Under the pieces are notes generated by a model. It was not told the origin of the DNA, did no database searches, and worked only from the letters and a program-made list of their open reading frames with translations. Of a stretch of 64,000 bases of DNA, positions 1 to 15,600 are shown piece by piece. The position numbers and the translations under genes were made by a program. Position 1 is the first letter of the stretch; the number at the start of each line of letters is the position of its first letter. Origin of the DNA: Cyanophora paradoxa CCMP329 (taxonomy: Eukaryota > Plantae > Glaucophyta); assembly GCA_004431415.1 (NCBI GenBank), contig QPMI01000637.1, forward strand, positions 186,001-250,000, written 5' to 3'.

Positions 1-662
1 CCGCGTGACTCGCGCCGACTCGGCGACTCTCTCGGCGAACTTCGGAATCCGCGCGCGCACTGGCAAGCTCTAATCCTCGTCGGGCTCGGTAGTTTGAAAG
101 CCGCGAAGCCTGCAGCTACATATACCGCGCCGTTTCCTGCAGCCGTTTGATACGTTACGTATACAGACCCAATATCCGCCTGGGAGATCTAGACGTAGCT
201 TCGGGCTCAAGCTCCCTAGATAGATAGGCCTAGGCCTGCAGTCGCAGATTGCCGCATGCGCTGCGCCGCAACGCTGGAATCGGTGGACGGGTTTTCATGG
301 CTGCTGAACTAAGCATATGCATGCATCGGGAGCGGCATGCGCATTCCGAAGCGGAATACCAGTCGCTGGCGTCAAGGCCGACAAGCGCCAGCGGCCACAT
401 GCATATGCATATGCATGTGCATGATGATTATGCCGTCGAAGAAACTAAGCGGAAATCAACCGCGCTTACGGTTGCTGCGCATGTATGTGCTTTCCAGACG
501 GCCGAGCGTGGCGCTGTGTCAGCTGCAGCCTGTAGGTTTGCATACGGCCATAGCATACACAGCTCTAAACCAAGCTATAGGTCGCGCGCGCGGCGCTCAG
601 CTGCAGAGCAACCGTGTACAGCTTCGCTGCGGCCGCGAAACGCAGCGTCTGTGTACACGCAC

Positions 663-3600
663 ATGCGTATAGCGCTTTTCCTGCTCTGCGCGATGCATCT
701 CGCTCAACGGGGAGTCTCTGCACTCGGTACGACTTCTTGCATTAGGAAGAACATGTGTATATTCACATTAGCACAACCGTATATTGATGCTATTCACATT
801 TGCACAACAGCTAACATTCCCGCATCGAGCGAGCCTCAATTTGGTGGCTTCGTCACGCCTGATCAAGAGCATGTTAGCTGTGGTGCGCATGTGCATTCAT
901 ATCAATTAATTGCCTTCAGAGCTTGTTTGCATGCCATATATATGCATGCATATGCTTCTCGACAGAGCTGCAGAGTCGCGATCATCGTATCTTGAGCTTG
1001 ATCTAATTTCCACTCCTCCCCAGATCATGGAAACGACGCATCAGACCCTATCTATTACGGTGAGTTTCAGAGCAGCTGCAGATGGCGTGCCCTTGCGGTG
1101 CTTATAATTATCTCGTTCGGATTCGCAGGAATGACGGCGAAGTGCAGTGTGTGGTGGCTTTGCGAGGAGCCTGCGGCCTGCGGGCTCGTCGAAGTCGCTC
1201 TCATGAACCCCAACGGCCAAAACTTCACCCGGGATCCGGCCTTCGCCCCATGTGAGTTTTTTCACCAACGCTTGAAATCCCTATACGGAGTACCTAGGGC
1301 CTGCGCCAGATTCTTATCTCTATATCTCCTTATTGCTATCTAATCTGGCCAGATTTTTACATCTTTCTATCCTTCTATGTATAGCTAATTTGAGCCGTCC
1401 CCAGCGCTGGTTGACTGGACACCGACCGCTTCAATCCCTGTCAACAACGATGTTCTGTACCCGGGGTATCTGATTCAGAAGTGGACCTTCCGCGTGGGGC
1501 AGATCGCGGTGCATACGCATATGCATTCTATGTATTTTTGCACTACCTTTAACACAATAGCTGGTTTTAAACAATTGAATAAAACTTGGTTCTGTTGAGA
1601 AGGGAACCCACAAGATCGATCGCGCAGAAACTCAACTACTCCTATGGAGTCACGAGGGATCTCGTCTTTTTGTGAGTCCTTCTTTTTCTAGAAGGGTTTA
1701 AAAAAATATTCTACGCTCGTTTTAAAACTCGCCCATGCACAGGTGGAAGGACACTCGGTCGGGGTACAATCAGGACTGGCGACGAGTATTGTTGGCGGGG
1801 ACCCTCGTTCGCAAACCGCTGGACTTCAGTCGTGCGTTATCGACTGGAGCACTAAGCTCAAGATGGATGACTGGCACGTCCCGATGTTTTGCCTGAATCC
1901 TGTGCTTTTTTTCGTGGCAGAGCTCGGAATTTTTCCCGAGTTGGACATGCTCAAGTGCAGCGGGACTGATGCGTCGGATCTGGTCGACCTGAATGACCTG
2001 AACAGTTACTCGGTGACTCGCCGAGTGAACGCCAGCTCCTCTCGGTCGCTCACTGTCGGCCGCGCAATGCAGGGCTGGAAACAAAAAAACTCAGGGCCGT
2101 ACAACTGCTACCTCGCGCCTGGGAGCACCGGCCTGTTAGAGATGGATAGCACAGTCACCACGGCGCTCTGGAGGGTCAAGTACCGGCCGAAAAACAGCAA
2201 CGCAAACTACACTTACTGGCAGGTGGGTGAGACGGCATCGCTTTCCATAAATGTAGATTAAAGATAGTCATTTGCTGCGTGCGCACAGGGGAACAAACCG
2301 GATTACAGCGGCACCCTCAATTTCAACGTCCGGCTTTGTTCAATTTCCTGTACCTGTGTATTCGTAAGAGTTGATAGAAATACAGGTGACCAATCTTCGT
2401 GATTACGAGGTTGTCGTAGAGACGACGAGCTCGAACCGCGCGGCGACCTTCAGCTACGTGCGCTATCCATCTCGATATTAAGATAATCCACTAGTACTTC
2501 TACGCAAGCGCGCGCGCTTTGGTAACGAACGACACCTTCGCAGACTGTTTTCATCAACTCCATTGCTTACCCGGCGGTTTCATTCCCGAGCCTCGTCTCT
2601 GGACAGACGATGATCACCGATCTCATCCAGTATCCGTAAGCAAAATGATCGGAGAGATGGAACTCTGAGCTTTATTGATAATAATCTGATTAACCCAACC
2701 CTGCAGATTCACGGGTTAGTTTGCTCACGGCAGCCTTTCGCTGACTGATCTCTATTCTGCGATTCCGTTGGCTGACCGTCGGACGCCGGCCATGGCGGGG
2801 CGCGCAGTGTCCTCCGACGCGGACGTGTTCCGGGTTCGGAATTCAATTTTCAATTGCTTTTTGAGGGTGCGGTCTGGGGTTTGCTGAGCGGTCTCGAGCA
2901 GATATGGGAAGCGCCCGACATCGACATCCCGAGCGGGTGGAAGCTCGTGAACTCGCCGAACGCGACCATGCTCTGGAGGCACTCCCCGGCACAGGCAGGC
3001 GCGCCAAAAAGCTACAACCTCACCCTGCCTTCAAGCAACGGGGTGCGAGCTTGCAGCAGTGTTTGCACGCCATGTGCAAACTGCTAGCATCATGTGCATT
3101 GACCGATCGCGAACTCATATCAACTGCTTGCAGTTTTCCGCGACAAAAATTGTCATCGACTTCCTTGCAACTTTGGAGAAGCGATACAGGTCCGTAATCT
3201 ATGCGCTGAAGCATCGAGCTCACCTCTTTATGAATTGAAATTATGCAGTGTTCCTGTGAAAGTAAAGGGCATTGAAGATCGCATTTGCGGGCCCTCGTCT
3301 CGAGTTGCCCGCGGGCGGAAGATGTCGATTACCGTTCCAGCAAAGGCAGGCAGCGCGCCGCTGGAGCCTGCTGACGTCGTAGGTATCAAATATCTCATTT
3401 TCGCAACGTGATGTATCTATATGCCATTCTTCTGTTAAACCACTGTGCGCAGTTGTAATCTCGAATGCAGCCGTTGTGTCGAGCTCGACAGCGTCGTACA
3501 GCACCACATCCAGTCCTTCCGTGGCCGCGGTATTCTCGTACACTGCAACGGTGAAACCTCTAATTTCGAGCCTTCTACGTTAATCAAGCCGGACGCCTGA

Positions 3601-6600
3601 TCGAAGTCGTTGCGCAAAAACAGCAACCCGCGAGTGACTTCGTGAACGTTACAATGACAGTGGCCTCTCCCGTCGATCCGAACACGCCGCGGCTGATATT
3701 GAAGGACTGTGGTTTCCAGATTATTGACGCCATTGTGTCGTGCACAAACACTCGCGTGCGGGCAAATTTCCAGCAGTCAGTGGTGCGCGAGAGCTTTTGT
3801 AAAGTAAGCCAAACTCTGAAACCATTTGACGATGGATGTGCCAATTACAGACTACATGTACGATTAGCAAAGCAACGCACCCGAACGCGCCCGATCTTTT
3901 CCCTTCTGACTTTGGGTGCATATGCATACGTTGCCATTCTTTTGACAAAGGATGCCTTAATTTGCGTGCTCATTATGTTGTCGAATCTTTTTTATAGGAC
4001 CGGATCTATCAGCCCTGTGCTTGGAACCTTCTCTGCGCTGAATTCTACTGGCGAACAAGTGTGGCAAACGCTCTTCCGAGGCACGTCTGGCGGTATTACC
4101 AGTATTACGCCTACGTGGTCCGCTGCCATCGCGGGCCCTGTTGCCGCCGACCAGTATATGCTATCCCCCGTCTTCACTGTCGACGTCATCTCGGTCTCCG
4201 TTGTTTGCAACGGGCGGGTTGCGCTCAGACACATTTGCGATTGCACGATCGCCAGCCAGTCCTCTAATAGCCCAGTGGCGATCTTCCCCTCGGACTTCGC
4301 AGCAAATGTTACCGTCGCAAACAACGCTTCAAACACAGCGTCTAACATTGTGTCTTTCGGTGTCAACCAGACAACGGTGAGTCTCTATGATATGGCACTA
4401 GTAATCGAACATTCTTTTTTTTTTTCGAGGCTCGCGACCACTGACTGTGATCACGCAACGTTTTGCCCAGCTTTACTCGGCAGCCACGCCCCTCGCGTTC
4501 GCTGAATGGTCCCAACTTTTCGGCGGAGGAGCGATCCCCATCAGCCCAGCCGCGGGCTTCGTCGTTAATCTGCAGTGGGCGAACGCCTCTCAGTACGCCA
4601 GCGATGACGCACTCAAGCGGGTGCGTTTGCATTCTGATCAAGTTTTAAATCCATCTGAATTTAAGCGCCGGATCTGAGAGCTGCTCCGTGTGCGCAGTAT
4701 TATGAGGTGACATTGCTCTACGACCCTGATGAGACCGGGGCGCACCCGCCGTTTGCGGCCGACGACCTGGAGATCGCCAGCACGCCGGCTGTCACTATCA
4801 CAAACTTCGCCGCTCCGGCGGGCCCGAGTCCCCTGGTGCGCACACTTCCTCGATCTTTGGAGTTTTCTTTGATTATCCAGTACTGAGCTGACCTTTGGAG
4901 CGGTGCAGTACGCTGTGACGATCGAAGTACCCACGACATCGCCAATCACTTTCGAGTGCGCAAAATGCAAGATACTAGTGTAATATTATCTCACCCGCGC
5001 CATATGTAGCTTTCGCTGGCGGTCCGCTCGCGGCCCTGGGGAGCCTATCGTCTACAGATACACTCCCCCTGTCATTATCCTGTCTCTTGTCTGCCCGGAC
5101 GTGACGCAGCTTGGCACGACTGTTCGCTGCATTCTGAATGCAACCGAAGGATCGGCACCGTACACGATGGACGATGTGGGCGCGCCTTACGTGCTTGGCC
5201 CGGAGGCGGGCGACTTCTCTGCTTACGAGTTCGTCGGCCCCGGCCCCGCCTTCGCGTTCAACTTCACCAACACGAACCGGTGCGATAATTATGGGCCTGA
5301 AAGCTTAAGGGCGCTCGAGCCTTTGGAGTGACTCGAACGCGCTGCAGCACGGGGTCGGCGACGATTCGCGTCGACTTCGCGCGCGCGATGCTGCGGACGA
5401 TCACGAACAACACCGTGCTCGCCGCCAAGGCGACGGTGAACTACCTGAACGGGACGCTGGCGTGCCCCGCGCCGCGCGTCAACGCGGCCGGCGGGAGCGT
5501 CCGCTGCTTCATCAACAAGACCGCCGAGTCCGGCCCCTTCCCCCGCGCCAGCATCTTCGCCGTCGCCAGCGGCAACGAATCCCTCGCCTCCGTCGGGCCC
5601 GTCTCCCTCGCCCCGGACGGCACCTGGGCGCGCACATCCCTGCCCATAACGAAGCCTCGATGAGATAACCGCGATGGGGCGCAGGCATGGTTCGACGTGC
5701 ACGGTGCGAACAGGTCGGTCGGAGGCAGCGTTCTCGTCTCCGCTGGAATAGTGGACTCGATAAGCGGAGTCACAAATCCCGTCACTCTCTCGCCCGCGTC
5801 CATCGCCGTCCTGAGGGTGTCAGTGAACTGCACCCAGCGCGTGTTCCTCTCGCAGAACGCCACGTGCTCCGTCAAGGCCACCGACGACAGCCCGCCCCTG
5901 CTCCTAAGCGACTTTTCAAGCGCTTCTGTCGGGGCCGCGGCTGCCACACTGGCGTTCCTCCCCTCCGACTCCTCCGTCATGTTCACGGCGTCGCCTTCTG
6001 CCCTCGGATACGCATCGGCCTCCGCAAACTTCGCGTCTGGCGGCGACCCCGCCTCCTCTTCCGTCACCGTTATCAAGGTGCACTCGATCGTCTGCAGCCA
6101 GCGCATCCAGGCCAGCTGCTCGACCCCCTGCGTGATCACGAAAGGTGCCGGCTGCTGCGGGCCCGTTCGCGTGCTCAGCGCTGGCGCTGATTCGCCGCTC
6201 TTGCGACAGAGTCCCAGTCGCCGGACCTGCTGCCCTCTGACGTCGTCGTCCTGCCCAATCTGGGGGCGACTACTGCGGTGTCTCAGGGCCCGAATGGGAC
6301 TCTGCTGTTCGATTACACGGGAGCCACTGGAGGCGGGAACACAGGAGCTTCAATCCGCGCAGACTACTCCCAGTCGGTCGCGGGCGCGGGACTGCTCGCG
6401 GCAAACACATCGATCGTGGTGGTGCGCAGCTGTATCTCGGCACCCGCTTCCCCATTACAACTTACTTACTCATTTTCCTCTGCAGGTATCCGCGACATTC
6501 AAATGCGAGCTGCTGCCGAGCCAGCTGCAGCCGTTCCGTATCTTGAAGGGGCACACATACACCTGCTACGGTCTGCGCTCGAGACCCCACCCCCGTTTTC

Positions 6601-9600
6601 CACGCGCACACTGAACGTCTCGCAGCTGTCAAGGACAGCGGCTCCGCGAATTTGACAGTCTCGGACCTCGCGATTACGGGCCCCTTCACGTCGTTCACGG
6701 TTTCGCCGGTGAACAAAACGCTGCCGGCGCCAGATGGCGCTGAGCTACGGATCGACTTCGTCGCTTCCGACGGCATTCGCAACGGCACGTACTTTGGCAG
6801 CCTGTGCTCCTGTCCGCAGGCTATGCCGGGGCTCCCCGCTACGGTCGACATTCTCGACCTGCGGCTGACATGCCCGAAGGCGCTGCCTCCAACCGTGAGC
6901 CAGAATTGCACGCTTCGGAGCCACGCCGGCGTCGGCGACCCCCCGCCGATCGACCCCTCGTACTTCGGCATTACTTACGACCGCGTGAACATCAACCAGA
7001 CCTACGTCAAATCGTACGCGTGCTCAAACTACACGGGGCGCTGCGACACGAGAGACGCGCTGCGGTCGGTCCTCGCCTGCAACCGCACACTGAGCAGCGT
7101 CATGGTCCAGGCGGAGAACTGCACCAACGAGGTCGTCGTGGAAAACTACGCCGTGCCGATCACCAACGCTGACCCGTACACGCTCACCATTCCCGTCACG
7201 ACGTCGTCTTGGCCGCCCCTCCCCTACTATGAGGACCCAGAAGACTCCGATTTCCCGCCCGGGATCGCTGCCACCGTCCAGGCAAAACTACTGAGCCCGT
7301 CGGGAATCACTGTCAACTTCACGTTCTCTTCGCGGATCAGTCTGTTTTCGATTCAGGGCATCGAGTGCGACCGCAGCGTGACCGTCATCAGCTACATCGT
7401 CTTCTGCAGGCTGTACGGAGGACCCCACACCTCGATGTTCGTCGACGATCCAGACATGTTCACGATCTCCTACGTTTCCACCTATGGAGTCGGGGCTTTC
7501 GGTGTCTTCTCTTGGGACTCTTTTCCCTCTAGCACCCAGCGCAATTTCGCGGGTGTCGGCACCGCGAGGACCTGGGACATCGGCGTGCGCCTGCAAGGAA
7601 TCGGCCTGGGCGAGGCGGACGTGCAAGTGAAATACACGGACGGCGGGGGGATCGCGGCGCAGGTGCCCCTGCAGGTTGTGGACGCCGAGCTGAAGTGCGA
7701 GCACCCCCGCCACGTCGTGGTGCGGACTGGGCGACGGGCGCGAGCGCGCGCGCGCGCTCCCGCCCTCTCTGAAGGGTGCGCAGGGGGACACGCAGGAGTG
7801 CTGGATCAAGGCGAAGGCCAACTCGTCGAGGCTCTTCACCAGCTTCTTCAAGCTCGACGAGGCCGTCGAGCTCGGCTTCCCCGTCGAGGGGAGCGCCCGG
7901 GGCTGGTACCGCACCTCCACCTGGACCAACCGGGACTGGAAGTGCACGGAGTGGGACGGCGACTGCAGATATGAGGACCTCAGCGACCCCGGCAGATTGA
8001 CCGGGGACTTCAGCTTCTGCCGCAACCTCCGTCTTGAGCAGCAGTACGGTGCGCCCCCTGACCCTTCAGCTCCCGTCGACGTCGGCGGTTTGATACATTA
8101 CATGGTCATACATTACGCGCAGACGGAGGACAGGTGGCCGCCGGCGGAGCTCGGATCCCGCAGTTTACGTTTCCGGCGGGCGGCGGGTTCCAGAGCGTCC
8201 GCGTTCCGATAATCTTTGGACAGCCTTGGAGATACGCGTGAGTCATCTTTCGCAGGCAATTTGAGCTCGAACACTTACACAAACGCACAGAGAAACGGAG
8301 CTCCGCATCTGGTGGCAAAATCATCGGGGCTCGCCGTCACGATTCGCGCCCCTGCCGGAGCTACGTCGGGGCGATTTCGAGGAAGTGCATGCAGGCAAGG
8401 GCCCCGGACAGATATATCCACTCGACGGATCATATGGTACGCTGATAACCAAAGCGGATAGTTACTTTCGCTCTCTCCACGTTAAAGAGCTAACATGCTG
8501 CTCCAAGGATCAATTGATTACGAGCAAAGTGGATACAAGAAAACGGGTTCGATTTCGTACAGCGTACAAGTCCTCGAGCGTGCGTGCATTTGATCCGCGG
8601 GCCTTCCTACCATTCGCTGACCTCATGATCATCTCCCGTGCCCGGCGCAGTCTACGACCCGCCCGTTTGGTGCGCACCGCAGAAGGACCGAACCTGGCTG
8701 AATGCAAACTACAACACGACCTGCGTGATCAAGCCCAAAAACTGGATCCGAGGCCAGCTGCGAGAGCCTAGGATCGACAACGTCCGAACCCCTTGCGGGC
8801 AAGATACGTACTTCGATCGTGCGCTCGGTTGCGAGCTCTAGATCACATCGGCGGCCGCTAAACGTGTTCTGTGTGCAGTTAAAGAGGGCCTTGCGGACTT
8901 GCAGATAACTGATTTTGATTGGCGTTACGGTTAGCAGAGGTCGGGCTTCCGTCGCGCTCGTTGATCCTGAACGCGACTCGCAGGTCCGACGGTGCCGGAG
9001 GGAATCGTGATCGACCTCTCCAATGGAAGCGTCTCCCCGAGAATGCAAAAATTGCCGCTAACTGGTTATCCATCAAGCGGAAATGTTGATGAGGTCTCGG
9101 CGCGTCACCAGATTTCTTTGCTTCGAATCCCCATGCATATGGCCATGTTTCCAGTGCTGACCAGCACTGCAGTTCATCATTCGCCCGTGGAAGCTTTCTC
9201 CTGTCCCATCTCGTCAAACCCCTGGCGCTAAAGATGGCTGGCTGGTCTCGATCAAATGGAACCCCTTCACGCTGTCCAACAAGACTGTCCCAGACCTCTA
9301 CTTCCGCATTGTCGACTCCAAGCCGGTAGATCTTGCAACCTGCCCCCCTCTCCGACGGGCGGTGATCGCTGGAAAGGCCGAAACCTGCAAAAACGGTCCG
9401 TTTATCCCGCATGCAAAGTATTCGCTTCGCTATTATTCCTTGCCTCCAGTTTGAGATTTCAACTTTACCGCACTCTTGATCGCTAATGCAGATCCCACTG
9501 ACGACCCTTCCGACTTTCTCATTTGGAGCGGAAGCGACGGAAACTACCAGGACTTCGTCGGAACAAGTGGGCCCCCTTGCACTAGAAATTGGATTTTCGG

Positions 9601-12600
9601 ACGCATGCACGATTGCGCTGACGCTCGATCGCTTATCCACAGTTGCACCGCCTACTGATTTGCGGTATAGCCCCGGAGGTCGGAGCAATATCTCGGCACC
9701 GTGGGCCTTGGTGAATTTCTGTTCTGTTCCTGGATTTATGCTCGTTGCTGGCTGGCCCTGGCCCTTGATGCATGCGCACTATCGCAGCATCCCACAAAGG
9801 GGAATATTTTCAATTATGATCTGCGGGTGCGCGCATCTGGCAATTGGTCCGAGTCGAACTCGAAGCTCCTCGCGCTCACACATGCTCGATGCGAATCAGA
9901 TGGGTTTCAGAGACATAACAGGCACTAAAATTGTCAAAGAGGCGCGTCGCTGAAGCACGCGTGTTTCGCATCCCCCAGCGGCGCGCGTTCGACTAAGTGC
10001 TCATTCAGCTCTGGAATGGCACCATCAAGAGCCAGCTCGACTACACACACTACTGCGATTTCCCGTTCTATTACGAGTTGCAAAAAGCCCCCGCTTACCG
10101 CATCTACCGAATGCGCCCGGGACTCGAGATGAACTGCAACCTGACCCGCTTCGCGGCCTCGCCACGCCTTGCTCTCTCCAACTTCATAATGGAACCCCCT
10201 CCCCAAGGTGCGCTCGTTGCGCTTGCACCCCTGGGACCCAGGCTGGAGCCCCCAACGAGTGCTCCACCAGGCGCGATGACCGCTCTGGCTCCGAAGACCG
10301 GCATCAGTCCGGCGGCGTCGATTGGGTCCGACGGCACGATCTTTTGCCAGGTAGGCGACGCGGCGTCTAGGAACACTGCGAAAGACGCGACTCGAAGATG
10401 GCATTCGTTGCAGGACGGGTGCTATGAGACGTATACGTGGAACTTCACGGCTCCGGTTAGCCCAACCTCGGGACGCGAGTGGGCCGGGATAGCTGTCACG
10501 TACGACGACCCCGACGCGTCCCTCACAATTTCAACACACGTCCGGTTCGAAGGCGCGTGTGAGGAGGAGATCGGTGCAGATAGAAAGAGTACTAGTTGGC
10601 CGAACGATGAGCGCAGGTTACCCATACGCATTTCCCACCTATCTCCCCTCCAAGTTCCAGATCAGCTGGCTCATTGTGGACACCTCTCCCGACGTCACGT
10701 ACTGTACCCCTCGGGTGCTTGAATTCCTTTTCATCGTCTCTGGCGCGTTTGACGCGTGCGATGTGCGCTTCAGGTTGTGCCATTAAACAAGAACGGCGAC
10801 ATGTACGGCAGATGCGTCCTGCAAATGACGGCTAACAGCGACGGGGTGCTGGTAGTCGATGTCACCGACGAAGACCTCAAGGACCGCATTCACGACGTCG
10901 TATCGTGCGCACGCGCCTCTATAGGCTTAGCCAAAGTCGACCTCACATGCCGCTCACCATATGCACGTGCAAGCAGGACTTTCAACACAGGGGACCTCGC
11001 TATGAACTGGCTCTCGGGAGATATAATGAATGGCAGCCAGACGGCGCAGTTCCTCGTGAAGAAAGTCTCGCGGCCGCTGCACAACATCACGCTCTCCTAC
11101 CTGAGCATCCCGAAGGCCGACCCGCACATAGCCGACCTCCCCGTCGAAGTCGTCGACGGTCCGCCCGGCCTAGTCGTCCCCCAACCCGCCAGCTAAAGCT
11201 TTTTAAGCCTCTAGCGCCTCTGGCCTCTTTCGTTCTCTGTCGTAGACTTCGGGCGCACCGCCCGAGCTCGCGCACGTGCGAACCTCACTCCGTCGCCCGC
11301 ACAGCGGACCTCAACATCCCGCCGCCCTTCGAAAACAAGAAGTACCTCTTCTCCGAGTTCGGGTACTGGGACTTCGACAACGCCCGCGACGTGGGTTAGC
11401 AGCCGGCCCCTTCGGCTCGAACTCTTCACCGTGTGCTCAACTGATCATGGGTCGTACCTTGAACAGGCTATCCAGATATCGTTGGCGAGTACAAATATCA
11501 ATCGGATAAACAAGATTTCCAGGGCGTCGCGTGGCCGGGTGGAAGTCAGCGGTTCCTGTCCCCGTGGTACGTGAGCATTCCGGTGAACACCACTCTGACC
11601 GTCGGGTGCGCCTCGCCGAATGTGCTTAGAATTCACTGCGGCTAACCTCTATGATCTAGAATATGCAACCCGTCAGGGAGTGCGACCCTGTATCCTGCAA
11701 CTTACTTTGATCTGTCGTACGGCCCGCAACCGGGTTCAGTCAACGTCACGATGAGCACTGACCCCATTCCTGCCGGCACCTGTGGGCAGCTGAACCTCAC
11801 CGGACTTGTGCCATCCCCCAAAAGTCTTCCGCGTCCGCCAATCCCAGAGTCTGTCTGAAAATCTTTCAAGTCTCTAATAGCATTGTCTTTTGACTGCATG
11901 GATGTTCTTATCACTGAAGCCTGCTTACGCGCACTGCAGTGTGTGGGACTTGGTCCACACAGATCGAGGGACGCAATTCGGCTATGAAGTCATCAAGGTG
12001 ATTCCAACTGCTAAATGTTCTAGAAAGTGATGGATTTATATAAGAATTCGACCCGCGTCTTCTGGCGACAGATCGGCTGGTCCCACGAGAAGTCGGGAGG
12101 GCTCTTTTACGACGACCGAATCTACGAAGAGCTCGGACTTGACAAGCCGAAGCCGATCAAGTGGGACCAGCGCGACTTCCAAGACACTTCATCAGCATGG
12201 AGAGAAGAAACACCGACTGTGAGGCTGCCCCGCGTTTGAACGTTCGTAAAGATGCAAGCACGTGGGACTCACTTGCTGGCGCAGGCGATAATCAGAGGAT
12301 TTAAGTACCACGTCCTTGCGGCGAGCTCCGCACTGACGATCACGCCGTCGAGCGGCCGCGTGTGCCCGACCTGCAATATCCAAGCCCGCGTATATCCCGA
12401 CACGGTTCGCGCATGCGCGATTTGCGCCGATAGATGTGTGTAGAGGCGGTCTGACCGGTCGTCAGGGCGCGGGGCTGGACGGAGGGTTCATCAACCCCGC
12501 AGACGTCCAAGTCCTCGCGCCCTTCAAGACCAAGGCCGACGGCTCTGAGGTCCTATCGGACGGCTCCGTCTCCTTCCGCCTGGAGTTCCTAACGTCGCCG

Positions 12601-15600
12601 ATGCTGAACACCTCCGTGCGCGTGACGTTCACGTACACCTTGGGAGGTGAGCGGAAATACAAGTACTGCGCCCGAGCTTGCCGAGCTATAACTAGAGGCT
12701 AGTTCGGATTCTGAGGCTGTGATCACAGGGGCGATCATCAATCCGGCCCCCGGATCCCGGCGCCGCGGAATGCTCCAGTCCGACCCCGCTGCGCTCTCCG
12801 TGCTACAGTTCGGGAACTTCACGTGCCCCTCGATGCACAGAGTAAACTCCGTTCTGCGCTGTCGCGTGGCCGCCGGTGCGGTCGTCAACTCGAGCATTAC
12901 GTGGGGCCCCGGTCCGCTCTCCGGCGACATCGAGGCCAACAATGTTGCAGTCAATTCTAATTATAAACAGTGAGTGAACGTGCGCCTGGGATTCTTCTCC
13001 TGATCAACTCAACAAATACATGCGCGCAGGCTGAACGGGACGAAAATGAATGCAACCGGGCGATACGACGACGCTTTACAAGCGATCATACTGCCGATCT
13101 ACGCGAACCCTGGGGATTCCAGCATGAATCTGGATAATGCCATAATTCTGTTGTGCGTCTCCGGATTTAATTAATATTTCCCGCTGCTTCAGATACTATG
13201 CATTACTCGTCTCTAATTCGGAATCGCAGTTGGGCTCCGTACCTGGCAGCGGACAATCAAAGACAGGTGGTGGATGAAAAGCCCGACGTTACGTACCTTG
13301 TGCTTGCCGCGCCCACCTGCGGCGGCCGCACGCGGCTCGCGGCGGGCAGCACGCACGTCTGCACGATCAGCGCGACGCCGGCGAGCTCGCCCATCTTCGA
13401 CCTGCTGTCGACGGACGTCGAAGCGACTCCGGTCCACGGCCTCTCGTTCTCGCAGCCGTGGAAGTCGGCGTCCGTGGCGGGCGCCGCGGCCTTCAACGTC
13501 ACGGTCGCTGGGCAGCTCGAGCTCCCCGCGCCGGCCCTCAACCTCACGATGCAGTGGACGCCCGACCTCGCCGGCAGCTCGTACCCAGACCTGAAGAGCC
13601 CGCGCCGCGAACTGACGCTGATCTCCTCGATCATCACCTTCTGCCCCGAGATCATTTTCAAGTACGGAACGATCGTGTGCTCCATTATTCCCGGCATCAA
13701 TTCTTCGAGCCCCCTCCTTGCGACGGACTTCGCCGCGGGGTCGTCATCGATTGCGAGCAACGCGACACTCACTTCATTCCCTGTCGTGTCCTGGGCCGCG
13801 GGCGCCGGGGTGCGCGGTCACGGGTCGCCCGCGAGTTCAAACAATCGACTCGAAACGCTCATCCGTGCGCGCAGCTCAATTTCTCGCTGACGGGCTTCGT
13901 GAACGCGCAAGACGCCCCGTTCATCCTGCAGACGCGGTACAGCGAGCTCGTCGGAGGGGCCGCCGACCTGCGGAACGAGCCAGCGGTCTTCGGCCCGGCC
14001 ATCGACCTGGTCATCGAGTGCGACGAGGTCGGCCTCACGCTCCATCAGACGACAAACTGCAACGTGCGCGCACTGCGCCCGCGCGCGAGGTGTTAGACGA
14101 TCCCGATCAAGGCTCCCCGGCCCTTCCACATACGAATGCATTTGCACGGTCATGCGCTCACTTGCTGTGCGCACACGCGCAAATTCCGAGCAGGTTACGC
14201 AAACCGTTGGAATGCCCCTTCTCGATTCGGTATTTGTTCTTTCATTCCATACAGCTATTTAATCCGATAAATGTTTATATTTTCGCGCAGAGCTACTTCC
14301 GTCCGCCCCGTGTTCTGGACGGGGTCACGCTCAACTGCACGAATTACACGGACATTGCGCCGGGCCACTTCACCTTCTCGTGCACGAGCCTCGTCCTCGA
14401 GTCTGCGGGTCCTGCCTCGATCGTCGTGACGTACGCGGGCCCCGGCGGCGGCTCGCTCCCGTACAAAAACGTAACCATCACCACCGAGACTTTCCTGAGC
14501 TGCACACCGTCGCGCGTGGTGCGTTGAAGCGTGAGGTTTTGCTCATTCGCGTATGCCTTGACACAAACACAGGCCGTGGGAGACACGACCACGTGCGTGC
14601 TCTCCTCCGTCGTGCACCTGCAGGCGAGGCTCGCGACGACCGGCACGTCGAACACGCCCGGCGCGGTCGTCTTCGACCCGTGGCAAGAGCGGCCGGACGG
14701 GACGCTCGTCGCTACCGCGCGGGCCAATGTCGCGTCGCGCAACGAGTCCGTCCGCGCAATTCTGCTCGGCGGGGCCCGCTCCCCGATCTCGTTCGTTGAG
14801 ATGGTCCAGGTTCTCAACATCACGTGCTCCCCGGGGCCCCGCGTCGTCCTCACTACCGGAGCGCTCTGCAAAGTGAACCCCAGCGCGAACTCGCCCCCGC
14901 TCCGCGACTCGGACCTTGTGGCCGACCGCAAGGACTGCCGGCCCGTCGTTCCGCCCGTGAACTGCACCGCGAACGCGACCGCGGCCAACGCGACGGATGC
15001 GACCGCAGCAAACTCGACCACGATGGCGAACACGACCGATGTCTGCTCGACGAACACGACCGTGAACGCGACGGACTCGTACGCGGGCTCGGCGTTCTCT
15101 CCGATGCAGGAGGAGGCCGATGGGTCTCTATCTTTCATGTTCTTTGCCCGCTCGCTGGTCGGCAACGATGTCGCTGGCGGCTGCAGAATCGGCATCTCGT
15201 ACTCTGAGGCTATATCCCCCTCAAAAGTATTCGCAAAGGCGGAAACATTCAGAGTAATCGATCTGCACGAGTTGACGTGCCCGGCGTCGCCCATGAGAAG
15301 GGGCCGGTCAGGAGTCGTCACATGCACGCTCAAGCCGAACTCGACGGAACCCTCGAGCCCCCTGCATAACGGCGACCTTGCCTTGAACATTTCAAGCTCG
15401 GCGGGGGCAAGCGGTGTCACCGCGACACGGAACGCGTTCACCTTTACCTTCTCACACGCCGCGCTGCTTGCTTCCTCGTACACCTTTCATGTGCGCTGTT
15501 TTTAATTATTCTGCCCGCTCTATAGCTAGCTATATAGCTGACGGATCTCCGAAACCAAACAGCAAGTCTGGACACCATCGGTTGTGTATGAGCCCCTATA

